Shown here: positions 1 through 12,796 of the stretch, piece by piece
Numbering within the stretch: the first letter of the stretch is position 1
How the letters are laid out: each line of letters opens with the position of its first letter
Assembly (NCBI GenBank): GCA_002633005.1
Contig: NMRA01000031.1
Location: forward strand, 897,553-961,552
Origin: Phoronis australis
Taxonomy: Eukaryota > Animalia > Phoronida
Reading direction: 5' to 3'
DNA length: 64,000 nt
Notes under the pieces: generated by a model
The model's database searches: none
Seen by the model: only the letters and a program-made list of their open reading frames with translations
What the model was told of the DNA's origin: nothing
Program-made: the position numbers and the translations under genes

Positions 1-1606
1 CTTAGAACACTCCGAGCTCTCAACAACAGAGTCATAACCAACAGCTGATCCCCAATGTACTCACAAGAAATGGTCATTGTTGTGTCACCCAATTGACCTA
101 TTTATGAATGGAAGTCCTTGAGCCATCTTTTTTGGCTTGTTGAGAGTTTTTATACATATATATCACTTATTTTAGTGACAAGGATGCATCACAGAATGCA
201 ATACAAAAACAAATATATGGCAATGTTTCTTTGAATTAGAACCCAATATGACGAAACAGTAAAAATCTAAATTTTCAACAAGAGTAAACAAGAAGATAAT
301 TTTACATGGTGAGAAACACTGATATTTGTAATTTCTTCATGGTAACACAGATCAGGTCCTATCGTGTTAAGGCTTGGTTGTATTCTCATTTTTACCCACC
401 TAAACAAGTCCTATCGTGGTAGTGCTCAGCGGGAGTCTCGTTTTTACCCATCTAAACGGGTCCAAATGTAGCTTTAACTAATTATATCCTTTGCAATCAT
501 TGGATGAAAAGTCAAAATTGTTTCAAATGAATCATTAATAATAGCATGATTGTATTACAACATGAAGATTGTCAAATCCTCTGTAAACTGGAAACTAGAT
601 ATTGCACAATCCTCCTTTACATACTAAATAATAAAACGATAAACAAAGTTTACATACAAAATTCTTGGCACAAGCACATTACAACGAAACCATGGTACAA
701 AGCTGTCATACAGCTTTCGTACTGGTCTGGGTAAAACGTGAGCGAAATAAAACTTGACACAAAATTAATGTCATTAAAAACTACAATCCTTGAGTAAAAA
801 AATTGGTTACTGGCGCAAAACCATGCAGTTATTCTGCAGTTAAAATTTTGTTGGCTTGAGCGCCATGAGATAGAGTACCCACAAGTGAGTGGACTTCTTT
901 TTTCCCCTTCTTTAATAAAGAGCACACAAGGCTTCCCTTTTTACAACAAATTATCATTATCATTATCATTCTTTTCACTGATCATTGCATTAGTATTTTA
1001 TCACTAGAGATCTGAATTTCAAAGTTGTTACCATTACATGTTGCAAAGCCACAAAGTAAAAGGTGAACACTGGACCTGCCATAAATGCCCTGCTATGAAG
1101 TCAATGACAGATTTTGTCTTTGACACATGGCATGAGTTTGATGCAGGTAAATGGCATTTATTATAGTGTTTCGTTTAAATGGCTGTAACCAACAAAGTAA
1201 GTGTCATTTGAATACTGCAATCACAAAAAATCAGACAATCTGGCATGCTACATTATGATGCATGTTTCGTGGTGAGAGGGCCGCAAATACAGTTATGGTG
1301 AACTGAAAAATATGACTTTGCTCATTTCGACAGTTTTTAACCAAAGCAGTAGCTGTATCTAACTTGAGCCTTATATGGTTTGCTGATCACTGCTCAACCT
1401 TAGAGTATTATATTCCCACTGGCTGGGTATATGACAATGTGCCAACACCTCACTTGAAACCAAGCTATAAGATTAGGTTCCTTTTCAGCCAAAATAGCCC
1501 TACCTCTCTACTACAGCAGATACTTCACTTCTTTGGCAACACAATGTTTCACCAAAATTGGGTCACATGCCCCCACCAGCATAGTCTACATGTGCTAATT
1601 AATGCT

Positions 1607-4600
1607 CTAAACACCATTATTGTTATCAATCTCAATGTCTTCAACACTTGGTATAATCTCACTCTCGACTGGCTCAGACTTGACTCTCACATGAGAACTG
1701 CTCTCATCAATATCAGTGTAGGACACACAAGGGGCGGGCGACAGATCACCTTCGTTATGATTAGTTTGTTGACTGCACAGTTGGGTCACGTGGTCTTTCT
1801 GTTCATTTAAGTGATCGTCACTCACAGCATTACAAGACAGATCTTCTGGTACGTCCTTATTTCCAACTTCACTCTCACCATCCACACCCATGACTGCTAC
1901 ATCCTGCCCGTATGACTCATCACTGTTAGCCTCTGTATCACCTCCCCCAGTGGCAGCAGGATACACACCGGGCAGTGACGTGGCCACCTTACAATGCACC
2001 TTTTTGTAGTGGATGACTAGATTATCCTTTCTGTGGAAGAGTTTATTGCACATAGGACACTTGTAGTCTTTACAAGATGTGTGTCGCAGGACGTGTCTAT
2101 TGAGACCACTCTTATACTGAAGAATAGCACCACATATCTCACACTTGAAGCCTGAAAGATAGTAAATAGTGGTCAATCAATCACACACTGAACACAGATC
2201 GCATCACGTAATAGTAAATAGTTGTCAATCAATCACACACTCAACACAGATCGCATCACGTAATAGTAAATAGTGGTTAATCAATTACACACTGAACACA
2301 GATCGCATCACGTAATAGGGTGGGACGACACACATTTTTAGGAATTCGATTCCATTCCATTTCTTTAGGATGACTTAAGATTATTTTCGATTCAATTCTT
2401 GTTTATCAACTTAATTAATTTTTTTCTAAAATAAGCTGATAACTTAGAATGAAAAACAATTCAACAGAGGCAAACTTTTATTTCCTTTCACTTTAAGTTT
2501 TTCTTAATGAAAATGAGAAAAATGAGTGTGCCGACATTTTCTGGTGACAACTGTCAATGTCCCCTGCTGTAGAAAATTGGAAAATAACATTCGGATTAAT
2601 GAAGGGTCCTGAGCTGTTCCATTGTTCTATGTCTCAATAGTACTCTTCAAAGGATATGCATAACTTGTAACTTTGTAAGGCACCCAACAGCAAAAATAGG
2701 AACTAAGCAGTGAATCAAGATGGTGCCCAAGCATATCGATATCGAAATCAGTTACTCCAGTATAGCAATTCAATTGTAATCGATTACTATCGAATAATCG
2801 TCGCACCCTCAATAAATATCCTTCAAGCATTGTAACTGTAGACATCATAAAACCACAGGAGACAGTCAAAATAAACATTTCAATTTTTAGTTGTAGAGCG
2901 GACACAGAAGCCAAAAAACTTAACGTGCGGTTAAGGACTGCAACCATAATACTCACCCGTCACTCAAATGCTCTCAAGACATTGTCTAAAACTGGTGGGT
3001 TGTACTCAAAGCACTATCAAATATCCCTCGCCTCCCGCAGACTGTACAGTAACCCTCACATTAAATGATAATTTTTACAAAATATTTATGTTATCCTGAA
3101 TTCTCGATATGGCTAATAAAATGAGCGCCAGCTTCCTGTCAACAATAGTTCAAGCCAAGATGCACAGATGCCTCTCGCTGTCAGCAGGCTCAACAACTAA
3201 TGAATACATTTTTGAGCTGAAAGTGGACTCGTATCTACTTCTCCTGTAGTCTTCACACATTAAGAGATGCCCCAGTGTATTAGTAGGTATTGACTGCTAC
3301 AGCTACACCTATTGGTGATGGTAAAAACTGTGCATAGCAGGGCAGTCCAATACACAAATAACTGGTCATTAGTCAGAATATCACCATGCAGGGCTCGACA
3401 TAACAAGCTGCAGGTCGCATTTGCGACCTGAAATCTGGAAATGCGAGCTGAGATTTTTGTCAGCTCGTATCATGTCGCAAAATGCGACCTGGAATTTCCA
3501 GCGTATGCGAGCTGAATTTTTACACTTCTCCGCAGATACCTGGCAAATACTGATAAAGCGACGCTTAACAAATCCGGCTGTTATTTGGTTGTTGCCAAAT
3601 CCAAATTCAAAAGAACATCAACTGAGAACAGCCCTCCCGGTGACTTGTAAGCAAGTCGCGTGAACATGGGATTTGCAGAATCGATCTTTGGCGCGTTTTA
3701 TTGGCTAAGATTTTTGGCCACTTTTTCAAATTTCCGGATTCGCCGAAGAAAGTTTCGAGCCTTTGCATAACACGTGCTAAAATGTGCCAAAGCTGTGGTA
3801 TTTCTACTAATTCTTAAGCGATCAGCTTGCCAAATTTTGTGGTGGACAAATATGTTTATTTTTAGAGTAAGATGTCCTTGTTACATTTACGAAATATCCC
3901 GACAATATCTCTGATATCGCACTGAGGCACTGGTCGGTCACCTTGTTTAATCGCCAAACGACGGCCACGTCCTTACTTTCAGTTTCCAAGAAATTCTCAA
4001 ACCCCTTTATTTATTTCTGGGGCTACGTGCGCCAAATATGATTTGTCTTTCACACATTGTTGCTAACGTAAAGTGTAGGCCTACTCCAGCGATTCAAGTG
4101 CGTGAACTCACGTGTGCGCACCACTTCAAAGCTGCACATCAAAGGAGAACAGCGACAGTCCTAAATGAAAGAGTAAACCGGCTTGGCTCTGTTAAGCGCC
4201 CGGGTACGTGCCAGTGGTTTATTTGAAAATGAACTCATAGATTCCCGGCGGTTATAAAAGACCCGATGCTTTACGATATTTCCCGGGACCGATATAACCC
4301 AGAACTGATATTTTCCAGTGTGACGATGTTTCCCGAGGTCGATGTTCTGTAAGCCCTGTTTTCTATGGCTGTAGCCGGCTATTGCAACTAAACGGGTACT
4401 AAATGCGAAATTGTGGTTAGCGAACTTTTTATTCTTTTCTTCATACACCCTCCCCCCCACTCCCAACTTTTCGCTCCCGGACCACCGTCGCCGTAAAATG
4501 TTCAGACTCCAATAGAAACAATCTTGCTCTGGCTGAAGCGGGCCATTAAAAAAAAACTTATTCTGACTGGCTAAAAAGGGTACAGTGTAGGTGGTAACGA

Positions 4601-7385
4601 TATCCAGAAAGCCACCCCTACTAGATGGAGTTTGCCTCGCAAAATCGTATTATTATAACGTTTCTTACCATTGCAGTCTTTTAAAATCTTATTAGTGCAA
4701 ACACTCGGGTTAACGACTATGCTCACCCACAACTTGCACAAGCCTACTCCCTACCTTCGAAGTGTTTCATAATAAGTGCTCACTGATCTACTAAGCGTTC
4801 CCCCTCAACTTTTGAGAATTTCCAATTAAGTGCCCACAGTTCAGGCTAGCGCCCATCATAGCGCACTACAAACGACCGCGCATGGTTTAAAATTGACACA
4901 CAGCCTAAATAGTGTGTCACTCTCATTTTACACAATAAATTCAGTTTTCAAAAAACGTTTTTTCTCAATATGTAAAAACCAAATCCCGCCTTTGTATCAT
5001 ACCTCCAAAGAAAGTGACATGCGTGTTGTTTTGTGGCAGACCTATTTTTCCTGTACTTGGAAAGTATTGAGGAGCAAACTCGTATTACTCGATGGAAACC
5101 CACACGGATTCAGGAATTATTTCGAGGCTATTCATTTCATGGAAAACTAGTTGTTGAGTAAGTAAACAGCATAAATATCACATTTTTGTTGTCAAATGTG
5201 CACTGAATTGTTCCCGTCCATCCAAATACGTCATTCGGTTTGGGCATCGTTTTACGGAGTTTTTTCGACTGATGTTTTTCAAACGTCGAGTTAAGTTGCA
5301 AAATTTGGGCTGCGAACAAGGAGTGGATGGAATTTGCACTCCGAGTTAGTTTGAATCTTTAACGACTTTGATGACAGCCATTAACAGGTGAGACCTAGAA
5401 AAATTGCAGATACTTTTTCAATGGGCATTTTCTCCCTTTTCATATCGCAAACTTAGCTACTTGAATGCAAAGTGACGTGACAGTTAGAAAGCACTGATTC
5501 AATTTTCACGGCGGCAACTTGCCTTGCGCTCGAGAGCCTTTCAATGGCTGTGGTGAAGAAGAGTAACGCCGTACCTGCATGCACGAACTCAATTTTGCGA
5601 CCTAATATTTGTGAGTATTTAATGCTGCAGGTGAGAGCATAATGTAAACATTTTCTCGATGATCTAAAAATCAATTTTAGCGCGTAAAAATAGCAGGAAA
5701 ATTTTGCGACCTGGCATTTATGAATGCGAGCTGGATTTTGAAAATGCGACCTGGGATTTTGGCAAGGTCACAAAATGCGATCTGGCGATTTTAATAGCGT
5801 CGAGCCCTGCCATGGTTACGATAATCCTATGTAGCGGACACTCACCTATACCGTTGCGCTCAGGATGCAAGGAGCCAGATGTGTCAAACGGAATTTTTCG
5901 ACCTCGGCCAGAAGACCGCATGACAACGTGGTCTGGTGAAAAATACACGTCCGAAGACATTTCAATTTTTGGCACGACTTCGTGATCTCTTTCGTCCACA
6001 TTTTCACCTGCTTCTGCACCAGCCACTGGCAATGAGCCACTTTTACGTTTCAACACTGAAGTAGGTGAAGTCACTACCTTGGCCACCTTTCTAGGTGTAC
6101 ACGCGTCACCTGTAACACAGTCACTGTTTGCCGGAACACGCCGACAAGGGGTGTGTTGTTTTCTTTTGGCACTCGAAGANGCAAGGTCACAAAATGCGAT
6201 CTGGCGATTTTAATAGCGTCGAGCCCTGCCATGGTTACGATAATCCTATGTAGCAGACACTCACCTATACCGTTGCGCTCAGGATGCAAGGAGCCAGATG
6301 TGTCAAACGGAATTTTTCGACCTCGGCCAGAAGACCGCATGACAACGTGGTCTGGCGAAAAATACACGTCCGAAGACATTTCAATTTTTGGCACGACTTC
6401 GTGATCTCTTTCGTCCACATTTTCACCTGCTTCTGCACTAGCCACTGGCAATGAGCCACTTTTACGTTTCAACACTGAAGTAGGTGAAGTCACTACCTTG
6501 GCCACCTTTCTAGGTGTACACGCGTCACCTGTAACACAGTCACTGTTTGCCGGAACACGCCGACAAGGGGTGTGTTGTTTTCTTTTGGCACTCGAAGACA
6601 AGGACACAAACTTCTGGACGTTCTGCAGAGGGATTAGGCTCGTTGCCTGGTTTCTGTGAGTGTGCTCTGAGTTGCTGCTCACTCTCGATCTGCCGTTGGC
6701 GACCCAGAGCGAAGCCAGGTTCATGGCACTCAACTCTGAACCTGCAATAAAGGTTGGTCATCTACAAAAGGAACAAGGCTGGCTGTTGAGGGTGCAATTT
6801 TCAACAGAATCTATGTGGTAATAATTGCAGGCGGTCTGGTACATGCTGTACCAGACATGTCAACAATTAGTCTCTATTTCACACAAAATAATCATTTCCT
6901 AAAAACCAAGACAATAAAATTCCAGTATGCAAACAATCGCTCTTTAAGCTCATTAAAATGGTTATTGTTGTTATTCATTGTGCAACAATCAAAAAGTAAC
7001 GAGTGAACTTGGCCAGCACCATGTAACAAGGAGGTGAAGACTCTAAATACAGTACAACAGTTACTCGACAAACTTCCACCACTTAAACTACAATGACTCT
7101 AGCGCGTGACGTCCCGCATCAATGCACCCACAACTTTTCCGAGAATTCCAGTAGGCTCGTCATTTTCAGTTCCTCAATTCAAGTGATTAAGGTAGTGACT
7201 CAGACGAGGGCAACAGAGCCGAGCATTAAGAAACACGAGTCACCTTTGAATATCATCTGTCCATAAACCTTGTATTCCGCCAACTTGTGGTCTAGCCACC
7301 ACACAAAGCCTGATAGCACCTCCTCTGGGACACCCATCATTATAGCGGTAAAGCTTCTTTTTAGGTCTTCGAGTGCCGGCTCCAT
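1607..7385 (-). CDS. C2H2 zinc-finger protein (2 fingers), spliced; predicted coding exons 7385-7244, 6741-6265 (duplicated portion 6179-5846 likely artefact), 2151-1607
   Basis: Exon 2151-1607 encodes FKCEICGAILQYKSGLNRHVLRH-TSCKDY-KCPMCNKLFHRKDNLVIHYKKVH after acceptor ctttcag. Exon 6741-6265 has acceptor ttattgcag, donor ATAG|gtgagt and an open frame. Exon 7385-7244 begins MEPALEDLKRSF after acceptor tgtttcag with donor AAAG|gtgact. All junctions are phase 1 and join in frame. Confidence 0.7.
2159..2314. repeat. 52-bp tandem repeat x3 abutting the zinc-finger exon splice acceptor
   Basis: Unit ATAGTAAATAGTGGTCAATCAATCACACACTGAACACAGATCGCATCACGTA at 2159, 2211 and 2263. Confidence 0.9.
2317..2809. 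mobile_element. Small non-autonomous TIR element (MITE-like)
   Basis: Termini AGGGTGGGACGA ... TCGTCGCACCCT (11/12 inverted match) with subterminal TCGAT motifs; no clear TSD. Confidence 0.5.
3389..5809. mobile_element. Non-autonomous hAT-like DNA transposon (~2.4 kb) with 5-bp TSD
   Basis: 11-bp TIR CAGGGCTCGAC...GTCGAGCCCTG; direct repeat CCATG at 3384-3388 and 5810-5814; clustered subterminal TGCGACCT/TGCGAGCT motifs at both ends; no intact transposase ORF. Confidence 0.8.
5762..6598. other. 418-bp direct duplication around a single N (probable false duplication at a contig join)
   Basis: 5762-6179 is repeated at 6181-6598 with about 3 substitutions; the only N seen in the window lies exactly at the junction (6180). 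Confidence 0.85.
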
Positions 7386-8573
7386 TGCTGAAACAACAGG
7401 TCAAACCATTTAGGCACACAACGGTTACGCGCTACTCCTTCATAGCGTTCTGGTAATGATATCCCATGTACACTGAAAGTGCCTGGCAAACTGCTACATG
7501 ACCAAACGTTACAGTTTCAGTTATCCCCAAAAGGGGTCAGTTGGTAAAAATCATTGCATTCAATTACTTTAACATGAGTTTTCTAAAATTGTGTCAAGAT
7601 TCAGACTGTTATTTGCGTGACCAGCTTTAAAAAAAGCTATCATTAATTTTATAAGTTTGGTTCATGGAACAAATCTGAAATAGCCAACTTGTTAACTTTC
7701 TAACATCTAAGACACTTGGAAGTCTTTCGGCCAACTTAAACACCTAGATCACAAAGGATGGCATAATATCAATTTTTCACTCATAGTTTCATGGCCTGAG
7801 AAAAGTGTACTGCTCGACAAAGTCACTATCACTGACATTCTTCCCATGACCAAATTACTTGACCAAAATTGTACATGAAAAGTTACCAAATCCTTAAATC
7901 GGAACTGGCACACTAATTTCTTATCTCTGTGATTGCTTGATCAAATTAGTCAGAAACACAACATATAGCGATGATGTGAATATGAAGTAGGTTGAAAATT
8001 GCCAAATGTTTTTAAGAATGAGTTTTGCGCCAAAAAGGATCCACCGTAAACCACTCAACCGTGTCCAGTAAGTGTCGTAACCTGGTGTTGGGGAATAACA
8101 CTAATATGATTTGGGTTATGCGAGCCCCCAAGGTACGTCATTAGTGCAGAGGTCACCTCACCTACTTGCAGAATTATTTGTTTTGACATTTACAAGTTCT
8201 CAGTGAATACAGCTGCACATAGCTTAGTGTAGATGATGTTCAAATAGCATTGTCGTTTACTTCCTGCTATAAATTAGAAAAGTTAGGAACATGCAAATAC
8301 ATGTTTAAGATTAAACTCAAAAAGAATATCTATTAACTATTCCTACAATTTTCTAGTTGAATGCATTGTACCCTAGATACAGGAACTCCACTATGTTCCT
8401 TGACTTCCAGCACATTTGTGGACTTTGGACAAACACCGACTGTTCATTTTTATGCTATTTTACCTTCACTGCAGTACCAAGTTTAAGCTCTGATACACAG
8501 GGAGACTAACCTTTACATTGAATTTGTAATATTATCAAAAATAGACGAGAGCTTTTTATCTGACGTGCCTTAA

Positions 8574-9814
8574 AGGAGAATGCCACCCGATTTAATTAGT
8601 CCTTTTCACCGTCTTGATCGGTCTATATCCACATCGCCTCTTATACGGTCAACCTCACCTTGCCGAGAGGTGTCATGTTAACCTGTGAGGAAGGTGAGAA
8701 ATGACGCAGCGACATCAGTGGTTGGTCTGCAGAGTGAATGTCGCTATATTGTGGTGCATCGTTCCCGCTTGTCTGAACTATGAAGCTGCGAAGAAAGCAG
8801 GTATATTGTTTTTTCGACTTCCTCGAGAGCCGAAATGCTTAGGAAGTGGTTTGCGGTAGTGAAGAATGAAAGGTAGGCTGTTAATAGCAAGTATGAGGCC
8901 GTGAAACATCTCCGTGTCTGTGGCCGGCATTTCGTCGACAGTGATTTCTCTGATGAATTCCGACTTACCAAAGAACTGCAAATACTTTCCGTTGCCTGTG
9001 CATGTTCACGGCGCCCCTCTAGCATTTCTTGATCAATATATTCCAGTTCGAACTGATAGCCTGTGAAACCTAACGATCCGATACGTGAAGTCTTCATCGA
9101 ATGAGCTCTTGACTAAGTCGGCGGGATCAGCGCCGGGCGAGTTGCCAAGTAGACATTTATTATTCTGCGTTCTCTTTCAAAATGAATAATTCTCATCATA
9201 ACCAATGCCTATATAAAACTGAAACAAAGTCTGTCTTATTAGATACAATTTGTAATGCCTTTGCAGTATTCGTGAGTGCAAATGTTGAGAAGCCAGTAAT
9301 GAATAAACCATTGCATTACCAGCTTTTGATGCTGACAATAAAGGTAATTGACCGGGCACCGAGTCTAAACAACACAGATCTAAGTTCTCCAGTCTGTATT
9401 TCACAGAATACTTCGAATTTATCTCCGAACAGACCCCAAACTCCTGCTATGCAACCTTGGTAAATTGGCCTGCCGAACTTTATAGGCTATGGTGTGTCCA
9501 AATACAATAATTCCGTAACACCAAAATAAAACAACACGTTTTTATAAGAACTAGGTGAATTTTTAAGGGTTTTATATCGAAGTTTGATGATTTGTTGGTG
9601 TTAAACGATGAATTCAAGCGATAAGCTGACACCAATAACAAGTGTTGTGAACTGCTGAACAGACTGCGCGTGAAAGCAATGATGTCATTGGATAATTTCA
9701 ACACCTCCGTCTGCCGTCAGGTGTCAGGTAACGCAACCGAGCGTGCCGTTATCGAGTACAATTAGTCGATCTAAATTGATACAAAATAGGTTGTTTTTTG
9801 GGTGGCATTCTCCT
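8574..9814 (+). mobile_element. Kolobok-like non-autonomous DNA transposon with degenerate THAP domain (copy 1)
   Basis: TTAA TSD (8570-8573, 9815-9818); 15-bp TIR AGGAGAATGCCACCC; 8746-8948 reads WCIVPACLNY..FFRLP/..RKW..LRVCGRHFVDSDF (THAP C2CH signature) with a frameshift and a stop. Confidence 0.85.
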
Positions 9815-10289
9815 TTAATTTTAAAGACTTAGTCAGTCTTACTCAGATATATTGAAACAAAATGTCACAAGAAGAGCTCACAATAAAGATATAACTAAAT
9901 ATAACATTTATTAGTGTGTAAACAAAATTTACAAATGCGCTGAAGAATGGGGGGCCATAGCCGAGACCCTATTTTAACAGTTTCATGCAACCAGGCACAG
10001 GTCACCTTCTCTTTGCTAAGTCTCAAGATTGTTTTAATGAACTTATTACAATTTCTAATTTATGTATTCGAGTAGTTGAGTAACTCCACGGAAGAGAAAG
10101 TCATGAAAGCGCAACAATGCTATTTAGGAAAATATTAAATGATGTACAGTTAGTCTCAATAACAAAATTGGCATTTTATATGAATAACAAGAAAAAAAAT
10201 CACAATTGTCAGATTATTTTATAAGTTGGAAGGATTTCTAAACATTGACGGCATTCAAGCATGAAAATTTTGAGACATCCAGTTGCGAA

Positions 10290-10588
10290 AATAAAGTTTG
10301 AGTCTAATACTGGAATAAAAACTTACAACAATTAGCGATGTTGCATCTGTATCTCACGGACTTCAGCTTGGCTTGTGACATTATCGTCATTCTGGCCAAT
10401 TGGTGGCGTTTTGACCAGACGGCGCCGCATTGACGTCAAACGCCATCCCATTCATGTGACAAATCGAATCTTAAACCTCCAGAATAACGATAACGTCACA
10501 AGCCAAGCTTAAGTCCGTGAGATACAGACGCAATGTCACTACTTTTTGTAAGTTTTTATTTCAGAATTAGACTCAAACTGTATTTATT
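10290..10588. mobile_element. Palindromic MITE-like element (~110-bp imperfect arms)
   Basis: GTTTGAGTCTAAT...ATCTCACGGACTTCAGCTTGGCTTGTGAC is inverted at 10480-10579. Confidence 0.7.
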
Positions 10589-10745
10589 GACGTCATTCAA
10601 CACTCAACACTCAACAGTGTACCTACATGAAAGGACGTGATATAAAGTGCTATGAATGTGCCACGGCTAAGTTCCATGGATCAAGTGTCTTGCGAGAAAA
10701 GCAACAAGATCTCGCATTATCACATGAATGAAAAGCAAATGTTTT

Positions 10746-11657
10746 ATTAGGCAATGACCATCGCCTCTGTTGGCCCGAAGCAGAGGCGATGTAGAGGCTA
10801 TAGGCGCTCTGTACGCCGGAAGCTTTTCGGCGAATTATGCCTCGCACCAACTAAACCATCAAAGTCACGTTGTAACAAATACCTTTTGCGCATAGAGGAA
10901 CACCTGAGGAGGTTGTCGATGTGTTTAATTCCATCCAACTCGAACAAATACTCCTATTATCAAACTTTTTCTTCGAGCAGTCCCTATTTCAGTTCCCAAA
11001 ATCGTGAAATCAACTTTTTCATTTTCTTAACCAGGCCGAAGGTCAGAAGTTGCGGACCTACCGGCGAACTTTGAAAGCTGAAGTTCCCGCCCTTCGCGTA
11101 CGTGCTGCCGGGAACCAGCCGTGCATTTGCCGTGTTGTTAAACATTAAAATGTCAAATATGTGCACAAAGACTATTAAATGTCATATCAACAGCATTTAT
11201 TTTTATCAAATACAAACAATGATTCATTGAAATACAACCAGTTTCAAGTAACGCCAATTAAAGACAAGTATAAGTGGTGGCATTTTGGAAACGAACATTT
11301 GACTGACAAGACCGCAATGGCTCACCTTTGGCCTATTTAAAGATTGAGGTCATGATATCACATCACCTAGCGTGCGCAGTATAAAAATGGTGAGTTCACG
11401 ATTTTGGGAACTGAAATAGGGACTGCTCGAAGAAAAAGTTTGATAATAGGAGTATTTGTTCGAGTTGGAAGGAATTAAACACATCGACAACCTCCTCAGG
11501 TGTTCCTCTATGCGCAAAAGGTATTTATTACAACGTGACTTTGATGGTTTAGTTGGTGCGAGGCATAATTCGCCGAAAAGCTTCCGGCGTACAGAGCGCC
11601 TATAGCCTCTACATCGCCTCTGCTTCGGGCCAACAGAGGCGATGGTCATTGCCTAAT
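10746..11657. mobile_element. Foldback-type element / inverted pair of 263-bp near-identical repeats
   Basis: Arms 10746-11008 and 11395-11657 are reverse complements with about 2 mismatches; the ORF track shows the same peptide on both strands; a diverged relative lies at ~37360-37600. Confidence 0.85.
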
Positions 11658-12659
11658 GTTTTATAAGAACGCTCATATAAGTCTATATTGCAATATGGTG
11701 GCCACGAAATTGATTGATCATTCAGAGAGGTTGGAGTGCATGGCTGGTTTGAATACATTGTTTCCAAAAACCAGTGCAACATCGTGTGCAGAACACATAG
11801 TGCTGGAGCATGAATAGGAATTGCCTAAAAACACAAACGTCGACCAACCGGTAAAAGTGAAGTAAATGGGATCAAAATGGCAATCGGTAACCAATTTCAC
11901 TGAATAGCGGCAATGTCCGTTATTCAGAGAAAACTGGTTCTTTACAGCAATTTTCAAGAGGAACCTGTTTACTCCACATTTACCGACCAACCCATAAATC
12001 TGGCTTGGCTTATCTTTTACAAAGCCAGGTGGCCTAAGAATCAGTACTGGTTCCTCTACGACGTACCCAGGACAGGTTAAGCCTCAAGCTATTTTAACTA
12101 CAACGAAGGTTGTGACAGAAAGAAGGACCATGTTGCTTTTTTTTCTCAAATATTTATAGATTGTCTATGGTCAGCTCAACCCCCGAAACTTTCTGCGCCT
12201 TTGGTTTTTTTTGTTTGTTTTTGTCTTGCAATTGCATGAAAGCCATGACCAAGACGAGTCAGAGAACGCAGATTAACAACACCGTTTTCTTCTTTCACCT
12301 AATACTACGCACAAGAAATAGGCTAGGAGAAAACAAAACTATGGCAGTCGTTTCCGTTGCTAAACTATAGCACAAACGCTTAACTTTACCAAAACATAAC
12401 CAAAACATCATAAGAGTATGGTCTATGAAAACATTTACCCTCTGCTAAATTTCCTCCGAGTCGTAAACCTATTTTGAAAATGTTAAGTGGCGTAAGTCTA
12501 GTTATTAGTTTAAACTCAAGTATTCAAGTCATTACTTTATTTTTATAATTTCAAAATATTTAATATTGAAACATAAGGTTTCATTATTCATCAAATTAAT
12601 TTTTTGACTAAAAATATTGAGTAAATATATATTTTTCATTTCTTTGTGCTGTAGTATAT

Positions 12660-12796
12660 ATTTACCTCATGTGACTGCGCATCATATGTGACGCACAAAG
12701 TACATTACTTCCGCAAACACAGTTAGGACTCATCTCGGACGCACTGTCAGCAGCGTTTTGCTTGTTGAGAACGATACAGCAAATAATTACGTTAAA
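12660..12796 (+). promoter_or_regulatory. Putative CHMP5 promoter / 5' UTR
   Basis: CpG-richer patch directly upstream of the ATG with ACTGCGCAT (NRF1-like), TGACG and ACTTCCG (ETS-like) motifs; motif match only. Confidence 0.4.

Noticed and set aside
355-465. Two-copy ~52-bp repeat; also two-copy duplications at 21568-21643 and 43617-43658
   Set aside because: Ordinary short local duplications with no link to a feature
2957-3041. Possible extra exon of the zinc-finger gene (strong GG|gtgagt donor at 2957)
   Set aside because: All frames from nearby acceptors contain stops; it could only be a poison or non-coding exon and there is no support
5060-5330. Possible transposase N-terminal remnant inside the hAT-like element
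   Set aside because: Too degenerate to recognise a motif by eye
5762-6598. Apparent tandem exon duplication in the zinc-finger gene
   Set aside because: The junction is exactly a single N and the copies differ by about 3 SNPs, typical of overlapping haplotype contigs joined in scaffolding; needs raw reads before being treated as biological
10754-11649. Twin ORFs MTIASVGPKQRRC... on opposite strands
   Set aside because: By-product of the inverted repeat; no recognisable domain or splice context
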